DNA of 64,000 bases from Candidatus Latescibacterota bacterium (GTDB lineage Bacteria > Latescibacterota > UBA2968). Positions 48,564 to 57,878 of this stretch are shown piece after piece. Both the position numbers and the translations under genes were made by a program. The stretch is from contig OZ242311.1 in the NCBI GenBank assembly GCA_965207885.1, forward strand, positions 5,856,001 through 5,920,000. The letters run 5' to 3'. Each line of letters opens with the position of its first letter. Position 1 is the first letter of the stretch. Below the pieces are notes generated by a model. It was given only the letters and a program-made list of their open reading frames with translations, did no database searches and was not told the origin of the DNA.

Positions 48564-48636
48564 CGACAAATTTGTTGACAACAGTTTTGTTGTCTATTAT
48601 ATTTATACGACAAATTTGTTGACAACAATTCTGTCG
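48564..48636 (+). promoter_or_regulatory. Sigma70-like promoter overlapped by four 14-bp palindromic boxes
   Basis: TTGACA(48575)-N17-TATATT; CRACA-N4-TGTYG boxes; 20-bp direct repeat at 48564 and 48608. Confidence 0.65.
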
Positions 48637-48661
48637 AATCTCAAAAAGGAAAAAAGAAGCC

Positions 48662-49894
48662 ATGAAATCATCAATTGGTCCTTGGGTAAGCAGAGACAAC
48701 TTTTTCGCTCGCGAACGCGATTTGCAGATATTGAAGACGCGGGTCCGTGACGGCAACCACGTATTGTTGACCGGACAGCGGCGTATGGGAAAGACCAGTA
48801 TTGCCCGGGAACTCGGGCGATGGCTTGAAGCTGAGGGTTGGGTCTTTCTCTTCGCTGATGTCGAGGGAGCGACCTGTGCAGAGGACGTAATCGCAGACAT
48901 CGCACAGGCGACCCACTCGGTTCGCCCGATCATGTCGCGTATTGGTACCACGATGAAACGCTTGGTCGGCCGTGTCGAGGAGATCAGCGCACACGACTTT
49001 CGCGTGAAATTCCGGGATGGGCTGAATGCCGGGAACTGGCGGCGCCACGGGGAAGAGTTGCTTCGTCATTGTGCCGCGCATGAACAGCCGGTTCTTCTCG
49101 TCATTGACGAATTGCCGATATACCTCAAGCGTGTACTTCCCAGAAAAGATGGCGTCCAACAGGTCGATGAGTTCCTGAGTTGGCTGCGCGGCGTGCTTCA
49201 AGGCATCGGATATGGCTCCCTTGTCCTAATCGTATCTGGCAGCATTGGGCTTACACCTATCGTAAACCGGCTCGGCATACCTGATCGCATTAATCATCTC
49301 TATCCTTTTCGCCTGGGACCTTGGGACCGCGATACCAGTGTTGCGTGTTTTCAACGTCTCGCGGAGAGTTACAAATTACAAGTTGAGGATGGGGTGGCAA
49401 ACGCGGTATATGACGCGCTCGGTGTTGGCATACCTTACCATGTGCAGTCCTTTTTTGCTCGTTTGCGGGACCATGCCACTAAGCTAGAGCGAGGGGTGAA
49501 GTTGGAAGATGTCCAGAAGGTCCGCAAGGAGCTTCTCGGTCCTTCCGGGCAGAACGACCTTGCACACTACAAGACGCGCCTCAACGAGGCATTGGAAGAT
49601 GAGAACCATACCATCGCCATGGAGATTCTCGCCGAGGCTGCCACCCAGGAGGTGTTCACGCCAGGAGCGCGGCGTTGCCTCGAAGGACTGTACGCAGGGG
49701 AGGGTAACGATGCCCGGAGGCGCATCGAGGATACACTGGAAATTTTGATGCACGACGGCTATCTCGAAGCCTGCGATGATGGCCATCGCTTCTCGTCGCA
49801 CCTGCTAAAGGACTGGTGGTCGTGGAAACACGCCTACCACATCCCCCTCGAAAACCGACGCTCTGACGACAAATCACTGGGAGACGCGCAATGA
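48662..49894 (+). CDS. STAND-like / archaeal-type AAA ATPase with C-terminal wHTH-like region
   Basis: FFARERDL, Walker A GQRRMGKTS, Walker B VLLVIDE, GIPYHVQ. Confidence 0.8.
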   Translation: MKSSIGPWVSRDNFFARERDLQILKTRVRDGNHVLLTGQRRMGKTSIARELGRWLEAEGWVFLFADVEGATCAEDVIADIAQATHSVRPIMSRIGTTMKRLVGRVEEISAHDFRVKFRDGLNAGNWRRHGEELLRHCAAHEQPVLLVIDELPIYLKRVLPRKDGVQQVDEFLSWLRGVLQGIGYGSLVLIVSGSIGLTPIVNRLGIPDRINHLYPFRLGPWDRDTSVACFQRLAESYKLQVEDGVANAVYDALGVGIPYHVQSFFARLRDHATKLERGVKLEDVQKVRKELLGPSGQNDLAHYKTRLNEALEDENHTIAMEILAEAATQEVFTPGARRCLEGLYAGEGNDARRRIEDTLEILMHDGYLEACDDGHRFSSHLLKDWWSWKHAYHIPLENRRSDDKSLGDAQ

Positions 49895-52620
49895 ACAAGT
49901 CCGATCAACGAATTCGCAAGTTCAATCCGGGGACGTTTCAAACCGACGAGGAAGTGATTGAGCAGTTCGTAGTCAGGAAACGCGAACTCAGTATCGTGCT
50001 TGAGGTGCTACGCGGAAATATCGATTCACCATCGTGCCAGCACGTTTTGGTGGTTGCACCTCGTGGTCGGGGAAAGACCATGCTGCTCGCGCGGATCGCG
50101 GCGGAGTTGAATACTGATGACGGACTCTCCGAATGTCTTCTACCAGTTCGGTTCATGGAAGAGAGTCACGAGGTACTCAATATTGCCGATTTTTGGCTCG
50201 AAACCCTGTTCCACCTTGCGCGGGAGAGCGCCAGGCACGATTCCGATCTCGCACGGGAACTGCGAGAGACACACGCCGATCTGATTGATCGCTGGCGCGA
50301 AAAGGAACTCGCAGATCGCGTCCTTGCTGCTGTCCTGGACGCATCGGACCGGCTGGGCAAAAAACTCGTTCTCATGGTCGAAAATCTACAGACACTCTGT
50401 GAAAACGTGGACGCCGATTTCGGCTGGCAGCTACGTGGCGCATTGCAATCGGAACCACAGATCATGCTGCTCGCCACCGCTACGAGTCGCTTCAAGGGTC
50501 TGGAAGATGCCAAGGAGCCGTTCTTCGAGCAGTTCCGAATACTGGATCTGGAACCATTAAACACAAAAGAATGTCGTCGTTTGTGGCAGGTCGTCAGCGA
50601 CGACCAGGTGAGCAATCGCGATATCAGGCCGCTCGAGATTCTGACCGGTGGCAATCCCCGCCTCCTGGTCATCGTCGCCGAATTCGCGCAGCACCGGTCA
50701 TTGCGCCAGTTGATAGAAGAACTGGTGACATTGATTGATGACCATACCGAGTATTTCCGCAGTCATCTGGAGGTCCTGGCCAGCGTCGAACGCCGTGTGT
50801 ATCTCGCGTTGCTTGACCTTTGGGATCCCTCTAAGGAACCGTCAAGTGCGGGTGAGATCGCGGCGCGCGCGCGCATGGATGTTCGAATCGCATCGACTAT
50901 GCTCAGACGACTCGTCGATCGGGAGATGGTCATCTTTAAGGGTACTGGTAGAAAGAGATGGTACGAAGCTGCAGAAATTCTCTACAAATACTACTACAAA
51001 CTGCGACGCGAACGCGATGAGACAGCGGTTGTAGCAAATCTAATCCACTTTATGGCGGTGTTTTATAGCAAAGCGGAACTGGCTGAGATGTCCGATAAGC
51101 TGATTGCGGAGGCGGCGCAATTGCCGGTGATTCGCAAGGGTGTTGAACGGGTAATCGCCGAACAGCCTCAAGTCGGCAGTGTGTTCTCTAACATAGTGCG
51201 GCCAAGCATTGATCAGACATCTGAACTCGCTACATTAATTGACAAAGAGAGCGTCGAACGATTGTTCGAAGATATTACTACAGCTTTAACAGAAGAGGCA
51301 TTCGAGAAGGTTATCGAGACTGTGGACCGAGCTTTTGCTGCTTGGAGCGCAAATGGGTATCAAGTGCCAGAGCCATTGATCGCTGTGGGATTTTTTTGCA
51401 AGGCGTTTGTACACGAGCAATTCGACGATTACGCAGTGGCGTTAGCGTCTTATGGTGAAGTGATCGCGCGTTTAAGTAGCAGCGGTGCACCCGCTTTCCA
51501 GACTTTGGTCGCTTGGGCATTGTTCAGCAAGGGAAATGTGCAAGTAAAACTTGAGGAATTTGCATCGGCGATAGCGACTTATGATGAAGTGATCGCCCGC
51601 TTTGGCTCCAGCGATGCACCGGATCTCCAGGCTCCGGTCGCATGGGCATTTTCCAAAAAGGGAGATATGCAAGTAAAACTCGATGAGTTTGCGTTGGCGT
51701 TAGCATCTTATGACGAAGTGATCGCCCGCTTTGGCTCCGGCGATGAGCCGGATCTCCAGGCTCCGGTCGCTTGGGCATTGTTCAGCAAGGGAGATGTGCA
51801 AGTAAAACTCGACGAGTTTGCGTTGGCGATAGCATCTTATGACGAAGTGATCGCCCACTTTGGCTCCAGCGATGCGCCGGATCTCCAGGCTCCGGTCGCT
51901 TGGGCATTTTCCAAAAAGGGAGATGTGCAAGTAAAACTCGATGAGTTTGCGTCAGCGATAACGTCTTATGATGAAGTGATCACACGTTTTGGAGACAGCG
52001 ATACACCCGATCTCCAAGTGGTAGTAGCTTTGTCATTGTCTGACAAGGGAGATGTGCAAGTAAAACTCGGCGATTGCGTAGCGGCGGTAGCGTTTTATGA
52101 TGAAGTGATCGCGCGCTTTGGAGACAGTGATGCACCCGGTCTCCAGGTTCCAGTCGCTTTGACATTGTTCAAAAAGGGTTTGACACAAATTAAGATGGGC
52201 AGTGCGGAAGAAGTTCTACACACCTGTGAAGAGCTTGAAAGAAGACTCGATGCCTTAACTGGCAATGAGAAGGTCGAGTTTACATGGCGCGCAAGGTGTG
52301 TGCGGGCTTTGGCACTACTGGTCCAGAAAAAACGTCAAGCCGCCGTGAACGCGTTCCGGTCTGCGTATGCTGTGTTCGAATCTGACAACGAAATGGTGAT
52401 AAATGAGATGCTATATTTTGTGACCGAATTGATCGCAAAAGGTGCCTCGGAGCGTGACCTTATCGAGATCCTGTCCAGCGACAAAGAGAAATCTGATACT
52501 TTAGTACCCCTCATCGTTGCTCTGCGACAGCGTACCGGCGAGGGGGTTCGCGCGCCTGTAGAAGTCCTTGAGGTCGCGAAGGATATCAACAAGCGCATTG
52601 AAAAAAGAATGGCGAATTGA
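49891..52620 (+). CDS. STAND-like ATPase-wHTH-TPR-repeat protein
   Basis: APRGRGKT, atypical Walker B LVLMVEN, TGGNPR, EIAARARM, six 42-aa TPR-like repeats; ATGA-coupled to the upstream ATPase. Confidence 0.8.
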   Translation: MNKSDQRIRKFNPGTFQTDEEVIEQFVVRKRELSIVLEVLRGNIDSPSCQHVLVVAPRGRGKTMLLARIAAELNTDDGLSECLLPVRFMEESHEVLNIADFWLETLFHLARESARHDSDLARELRETHADLIDRWREKELADRVLAAVLDASDRLGKKLVLMVENLQTLCENVDADFGWQLRGALQSEPQIMLLATATSRFKGLEDAKEPFFEQFRILDLEPLNTKECRRLWQVVSDDQVSNRDIRPLEILTGGNPRLLVIVAEFAQHRSLRQLIEELVTLIDDHTEYFRSHLEVLASVERRVYLALLDLWDPSKEPSSAGEIAARARMDVRIASTMLRRLVDREMVIFKGTGRKRWYEAAEILYKYYYKLRRERDETAVVANLIHFMAVFYSKAELAEMSDKLIAEAAQLPVIRKGVERVIAEQPQVGSVFSNIVRPSIDQTSELATLIDKESVERLFEDITTALTEEAFEKVIETVDRAFAAWSANGYQVPEPLIAVGFFCKAFVHEQFDDYAVALASYGEVIARLSSSGAPAFQTLVAWALFSKGNVQVKLEEFASAIATYDEVIARFGSSDAPDLQAPVAWAFSKKGDMQVKLDEFALALASYDEVIARFGSGDEPDLQAPVAWALFSKGDVQVKLDEFALAIASYDEVIAHFGSSDAPDLQAPVAWAFSKKGDVQVKLDEFASAITSYDEVITRFGDSDTPDLQVVVALSLSDKGDVQVKLGDCVAAVAFYDEVIARFGDSDAPGLQVPVALTLFKKGLTQIKMGSAEEVLHTCEELERRLDALTGNEKVEFTWRARCVRALALLVQKKRQAAVNAFRSAYAVFESDNEMVINEMLYFVTELIAKGASERDLIEILSSDKEKSDTLVPLIVALRQRTGEGVRAPVEVLEVAKDINKRIEKRMAN

Positions 52621-52660
52621 GATGGGTGGTTGGCAGGTTTTACATATCAGAAGCTCTCAT

Positions 52661-52709
52661 AAGCCCAACGGTCTATAGGAGGCCGTTGGGCTTTTGTGTG
52701 GTTTTCTAT
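52661..52709 (+). repeat. Repeat B copy 2
   Basis: One mismatch to 47642-47690. Confidence 0.9.
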
Positions 52710-52722
52710 GCTCATTACATTG

Positions 52723-52979
52723 TCAAGTCTGACGTTCTGAAATTCGCACTGGCTTCCGCCAGGGCCAAGGTCGAAAGATTTTTAGATTGAGTTCGTTGAT
52801 TTGGCGGTAGTGTTTTCTATTGGCTGTGCAAAGTGTTACATGATTTTCAATTTCTCAAATTGCGGACGTAAGCATCGACATCTGCCATATCTTTTCTGTC
52901 TCGCCACATCCCAAAAGCTGCGTGGTCTTTTACAGATTCGTCTGTTCGCTGTCGGGTGGGAGAAAGGATGGCTTTTTCC
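52723..52979 (-). pseudogene. Collapsed antitoxin/VapC (PIN) remnant
   Basis: Antitoxin tail KEKAILSP...AFGMWRDRKDM..VDAYVRNLR abutting PIN tail IENHVTLCTANRKHYRQI. Confidence 0.65.
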
Positions 52980-53339
52980 TTACGTTCCATGTTCCATTGA
53001 TAGGAGCGTTCCGACTCTTTGTAAAACCGCATCCACTATCTCCGTGGGCAAAGGACATATCAACGTTGCATTTCTCGCCCGCCAATCCATATTCTTGACC
53101 TGGTCTGAAAGAATAATACCCGTCACATCCAATCCCGCAGGAATGGCGACCTCAAAGGGATACCCCTTCACTTGATTGGTAATTGGACAGAGTATTGCCA
53201 AATGGGTCTTGCCATTATAAGCACCCGGTGAGAGCACAGCGGCGGGGCGACGACCGGCTTGCTCATGTCCTGCTTGTGGATTGAAGTTAATCCAGACCGC
53301 ATCGCCGCGCTGTGGAACGTACTCGTCTGGCTTCACCAT
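52980..53339 (-). CDS. mazF: MazF/PemK toxin
   Basis: FNPQAGHEQAGRRPA.VLSP, CPITNQVKGYPFEV. Confidence 0.92.
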   Translation of the reverse strand: MVKPDEYVPQRGDAVWINFNPQAGHEQAGRRPAAVLSPGAYNGKTHLAILCPITNQVKGYPFEVAIPAGLDVTGIILSDQVKNMDWRARNATLICPLPTEIVDAVLQRVGTLLSMEHGT

Positions 53340-53575
53340 ATTTCACCGCCTACAGCAGGTCCAGTATCTATTTCACCGTGTAAGTTGTGTTCGGTCACCT
53401 TGGATAGAAGATCGTCCAATTTCAAGCCAGATGGCTTTACAGGTTCAATGACCAATTCCTTACCACGCAGCGATAATTCGACCCGCGAATTGGGTTCAAG
53501 CCCGATCTGGACAGCGAGTGGTTTGGGAATACGCAGGGCTAAACTATTGCCCCATTTCTGCACACGGGTTTCCAT
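53333..53575 (-). CDS. mazE: MazE (AbrB-fold) antitoxin
   Basis: VQKWGNSLALRIPK, G.AVGGEIW. Confidence 0.9.
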   Translation of the reverse strand: METRVQKWGNSLALRIPKPLAVQIGLEPNSRVELSLRGKELVIEPVKPSGLKLDDLLSKVTEHNLHGEIDTGPAVGGEIW

Positions 53576-53822
53576 ATCTTCCTCCTCTAAATAGTAGATA
53601 CAATGAAGATACATTGAGACTTAGAACTTATCAAGGCCAATTTTGTATCCCTCACGCAGTGGCAATACAATACGCGATATTGCATGTCATATCATACTGG
53701 TAGAGAATGACTTATATCAGCCTCTCAGTTTTGTCCACAATTTTGTTGACTTTTTTGTATAAGATATTATTTTGTCAACAGTTTCGTTGACAATGGTTTA
53801 ATGAATTACTGGGAGATGCGCA

Positions 53823-56282
53823 ATGAACAATTCCGATCGCCCGATCCGCAAGTTCAATCCGGGGACGTTTCAGTCCGACGAGGAGGTGATTGAGCAGTTC
53901 GCGGTGAGGAAACACGAACTCGATACGGTGCTTGGGGTCTTGCGCAGGAATATCGGTTCACCATCGTGCCAGCACGTTCTGATGGTCGCGCCTCGGGGTC
54001 GGGGAAAGACGATGTTGCTCGCGCGCGTCTCGGCGGAGTTGAATGCTGATGGCGAGCTTTCCAGATGTTTTTTACCGGTTCGGTTTATGGAGGAGAGTCA
54101 CGAGATATTCGATCTCGCGGATTTTTGGCTCGAGACGCTGTTTTATCTTGTGCAGGAGAGCGTCAGGCACGATTCCGCGCTCGCACAGGAGTTGCGAGAG
54201 GCGCACGCCGATCTGGCCGATCACTGGGACGAGGCGTCGCTCGCGGATCGCGTCCGTGACACTGTTCTGGACGCGGCGGACCGGTTGGGCAAAAAACTCG
54301 TTCTTATGGTGGAAAATCTGCAGGCGCTCTGCGAAGATATAGATGACGATTTTGGCTGGCAGTTGCGCGGCGTGTTGGAGTCCGAGCCTCGGATCGTGTT
54401 GCTTGCCACTGCGACGAGTCGCTTTGAGGGTCTGGAAAATGCGGCGGAGCCGTTTTTTGAGTTGTTCCGAATTGTCGATCTGGAACCGCTGAGTACCGAG
54501 GACTGCTGCCGTCTGTGGGAGGTGGTCGGTGGAGACGCGGTGACTGAGCACGAGATCAGGCCGCTCGAGATCCTGACCGGTGGCAATCCCCGTCTTCTAA
54601 TTATGGTCGCTGAGTTCGCGCAGCACAGGTCGTTGCGCCAGTTGATGGAGGAACTGGTGACGCTGATTGACGAGCATACCGAGTATTTCCGCGGTTATCT
54701 GGAGGCTTTGCCCAGGAGCGAGCGCCGCGTGTATCTCGCGTTGATTGATTTTTGGCGACCGTCGAGTACGAGCGAGATCGCGGCGCGGGCGCGTATGGGG
54801 GTTCGGCCCGTATCGACTATGCTCGGCCGACTTGTGAACAGGGGTGCGGTCGTCGTGGAGGGGGCTGGCAGGAAGCGATTGTACGCCGCAGGGGAACCTC
54901 TCTATAGCATCTATTACAAGTTGCGGCGCGAGCGCGACGAGGCGACAAGTATGAGGCGTCTGATCCATTTCATGATGGCGTTCTACGGGATAGGCGAGTT
55001 GTACCAGATGTCTGGTCGGCTGAGTTTGGAGGCGGCAGAGTCAAAGGTTATTCGCGAAGGTATTGAGCGTGCGCTCGTCGAACCACCGGACGTTGAGGAC
55101 AGTTTTTTACGCGTGGCAGGGTCGGCTGTCGAATATATATCGGACAGGGCGACGGCAAATGCGCCATTCACAGCGGAACTGCGTTTAAAAGAGGAGATCC
55201 AAACGGCGCTCGATGAGAAAGAATTTGAAAGGATTATCGAGATTGGTGACCATTTTATCGCTTCAGGAAGCGTGGATGCATCTCTGATGCCAGAGTCTCT
55301 GCTTGCCTACATATTGCATATGAGGGCTATTGCTTATGAAAAATTGGAGGATTTCCAGGGGGTGGTCGCGGTTTGCGATGAGATGGTTGAGCGTTTCGAC
55401 GACGCGAGCGACCATACACTCCTGGCGCGGATGGCCCGCGTATTGATCCACGGGGCAAGAGCGCGATATGAACTCGGAGAGTTGGGGTTGGTGATGTCGG
55501 CATATGAGGCGGTGATTGAGCGTTTTGGTTCCAGCGACGCGCCCGATTTCCAGTTTCCGGTCGCTCTGGCGCTGTTAAAAAAGGGAGATTTGCAAGTTCA
55601 ACAGAGAGAGTTGGGGCTGGCGGTGTCTGTATATGAAGAGGTGATTGCCCGTTTTGGCTCCAGCGATGCATCGGGGATTCAGCTTATGGTCGCCTGGGCG
55701 TTGTCCCAAAAGGGAGATTTGCAAGCCCAACTGGGAGAGTTGACGCTGGCAGTATCTGCGTATGAGGAAGTGATCGAGCGTTTTGGTACCAGCGATGTGC
55801 CAGCGATCCGGGTTCTGATCGCCTGGGCATTGTCCCAAAAAGGTATGATACAAATTAAGGTGGGGCGTATGAAAGAAGCTATGCTCATAAGTGAAGAGCT
55901 TGAGGGAAGACTCGGTGCGTTGGCTGACGATGAGAAGGTGGTGTTTGTATGGCGAGCAAGGTATGTCCATGCTTTGGCACTGCTGCTAAGGAACAGACTA
56001 CGGATGGCTATGGATGTGTTTCAGTCGGCGTATGCGGTGTTCCTACCTGACAATGAGACGATGATGTACGAGATACTACAACTCGTGCCCGATTTGATCG
56101 CAAACGGTGCCTCGGAGCCTGATCTTGTCGATATTCTCCTGTCCAGGGGGAAATCCGATGCGTTGGAACCTCTTATTGTTGCCCTACGACAGCGTTCCGG
56201 CGAGGTGGTTCGTGCGCCTGTGGAGGTTCTTGAGGTGGCGAGGGATATTAACAGGCGTATTGAGTTTTTCCGAAATGAATGA
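53823..56282 (+). CDS. Second STAND-like ATPase-wHTH-TPR paralog
   Basis: Same N-terminus (IRKFNPGTFQ), APRGRGKT, LVLMVEN, TGGNPR; about four repeats. Confidence 0.8.
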   Translation: MNNSDRPIRKFNPGTFQSDEEVIEQFAVRKHELDTVLGVLRRNIGSPSCQHVLMVAPRGRGKTMLLARVSAELNADGELSRCFLPVRFMEESHEIFDLADFWLETLFYLVQESVRHDSALAQELREAHADLADHWDEASLADRVRDTVLDAADRLGKKLVLMVENLQALCEDIDDDFGWQLRGVLESEPRIVLLATATSRFEGLENAAEPFFELFRIVDLEPLSTEDCCRLWEVVGGDAVTEHEIRPLEILTGGNPRLLIMVAEFAQHRSLRQLMEELVTLIDEHTEYFRGYLEALPRSERRVYLALIDFWRPSSTSEIAARARMGVRPVSTMLGRLVNRGAVVVEGAGRKRLYAAGEPLYSIYYKLRRERDEATSMRRLIHFMMAFYGIGELYQMSGRLSLEAAESKVIREGIERALVEPPDVEDSFLRVAGSAVEYISDRATANAPFTAELRLKEEIQTALDEKEFERIIEIGDHFIASGSVDASLMPESLLAYILHMRAIAYEKLEDFQGVVAVCDEMVERFDDASDHTLLARMARVLIHGARARYELGELGLVMSAYEAVIERFGSSDAPDFQFPVALALLKKGDLQVQQRELGLAVSVYEEVIARFGSSDASGIQLMVAWALSQKGDLQAQLGELTLAVSAYEEVIERFGTSDVPAIRVLIAWALSQKGMIQIKVGRMKEAMLISEELEGRLGALADDEKVVFVWRARYVHALALLLRNRLRMAMDVFQSAYAVFLPDNETMMYEILQLVPDLIANGASEPDLVDILLSRGKSDALEPLIVALRQRSGEVVRAPVEVLEVARDINRRIEFFRNE

Positions 56283-56394
56283 AGACATTAAAATGCATTA
56301 AGACATAATCTGAATGCGTGATCTTGCTTTTTGCCATTTCCGTCTTATTTTCCCAAAAACAAACGATTGTAAATGTGGGAAGAAGGGAATAAGA

Positions 56395-57795
56395 ATGGCT
56401 GAGCAGGTCAGCATGACGGTTCTGGTGATCGATGATGATGCACATATTCGGTCTTCGATAGGGAAGTTTCTCATCGCCAGGGGGCATACGGTTATCGAAG
56501 CGGCAGATGGCGAGAAGGGTGTGGAGGTGGTGGAGAGCCAGGCTGTGGATATTGTGATTACGGATGTGAAGATGCCTAAGATGGATGGATTTGAGGTGCT
56601 TCGGCGGGTGCGGTCTGTCTCTCCTGAGACCGAGGTGATTGTGATTACGGGTGTGAAAGAGGCGGAGAATGCGTTTCGCGCGTTGCGAGAAGGGGCGTTT
56701 GATTTTTTCAACAAGCCTTTTCAGGTGGAGGAGTTGAATGCGGCTATCCAGCGCACTGTGCGCTACCAGGCGCTTCGAAAAGAGAAGGATAGGGTTCAGG
56801 CGAGGCTGGATAGGATGGAGGCAAAGGAGCGAGAGAAGAGCGGTTTGAATGCGGTTATAGGGGAGAGTGAGGCGGTTGTGAAGATGAAGGCGCAGATTCA
56901 GCAGGTGGCTGCGACTGATTATACGACGGTGCTGATTGTTGGGGAGACGGGTACGGGGAAGGAACTGGTTGCGCGAGCGGTGCATAGCGAGAGCGACCGC
57001 GCTGGCGGTCCGTTTGTTGCCGTGAATTGTTCTGCTATTCCGGGCAATTTGTTTGAGAGCGCGTTTTTTGGGCATAAGAAGGGCGCGTTTACAGATGCGA
57101 AGGCAGATCAGAAGGGCCATTTTGAGCTGGCAGATGGGGGTACGCTGTTTCTGGATGAGATCGGAGATATGCCACTCGAGATGCAGGTGCGTTTGTTGCG
57201 TACGCTGGAAGAGCGATGCATTCGACCCGTGGGGAGTAGTGATGAGATCGCTGTGGATGTGCGCGTGGTTGCTGCTACTAATAGGGTGCTTAGTGTAGCG
57301 GTGCAGGAGGGGAATTTCAGAGAGGATCTGTATTACAGGTTGAATGTGTTCGCGATTCAGGTGCCGCCGTTGCGCGAGCGAGCAGGGGATGTTCTGTTCC
57401 TGGCGCAGCACTTTTTGGCTGGTTATGCCCGCGATTTGCGGAAGCCGCTGATGGGATTTTCGAGGGAGGCAGAGGATTTGCTTCAGAAACAGGTGTTTCC
57501 AGGCAATGTTCGCATGCTGAAGAATGCGGTTGAACGGGCTGCTATTTTGTGCGGGGGTAGGGAGATTGATGCGGATGATCTGAGTTTTGAGCTATTTGAG
57601 ATTGGTCCGGCCAGTAGCGTTGATCGCGTGGTGCAGTCCTTCCCCGAGGATCAGATGAGTCTGCCCGCATTTGAGAAGGCACTGCTTTGTGAGGCTTTGC
57701 GACGAACAGAGGGGAACCAGGTTCAGGCAGCCGCGCTTCTGGGGATTTCGAGGATGGTTTTGAGGAATAGGATGAAGCGGTATGGGTTGTTTTGA
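56395..57795 (+). CDS. Sigma54-dependent response regulator (NtrC family)
   Basis: REC (IDDD, DVKMP), GETGTGKE, GAFTDA, FLDEIG, REDLYYRL, Fis HTH. Confidence 0.93.
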   Translation: MAEQVSMTVLVIDDDAHIRSSIGKFLIARGHTVIEAADGEKGVEVVESQAVDIVITDVKMPKMDGFEVLRRVRSVSPETEVIVITGVKEAENAFRALREGAFDFFNKPFQVEELNAAIQRTVRYQALRKEKDRVQARLDRMEAKEREKSGLNAVIGESEAVVKMKAQIQQVAATDYTTVLIVGETGTGKELVARAVHSESDRAGGPFVAVNCSAIPGNLFESAFFGHKKGAFTDAKADQKGHFELADGGTLFLDEIGDMPLEMQVRLLRTLEERCIRPVGSSDEIAVDVRVVAATNRVLSVAVQEGNFREDLYYRLNVFAIQVPPLRERAGDVLFLAQHFLAGYARDLRKPLMGFSREAEDLLQKQVFPGNVRMLKNAVERAAILCGGREIDADDLSFELFEIGPASSVDRVVQSFPEDQMSLPAFEKALLCEALRRTEGNQVQAAALLGISRMVLRNRMKRYGLF

Positions 57796-57878
57796 TGCAC
57801 CTCGACAGGGCAACTGGTATAAATCAATCAGCACTCGCCGATTTAAAAAAAGCTCGCAAAATCCTGAGAAGACTCAAG

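Noticed and set aside
56248-57411. 387-aa antisense ORF over the NtrC-type regulator
   Set aside because: Typical shadow ORF of a well-supported gene.
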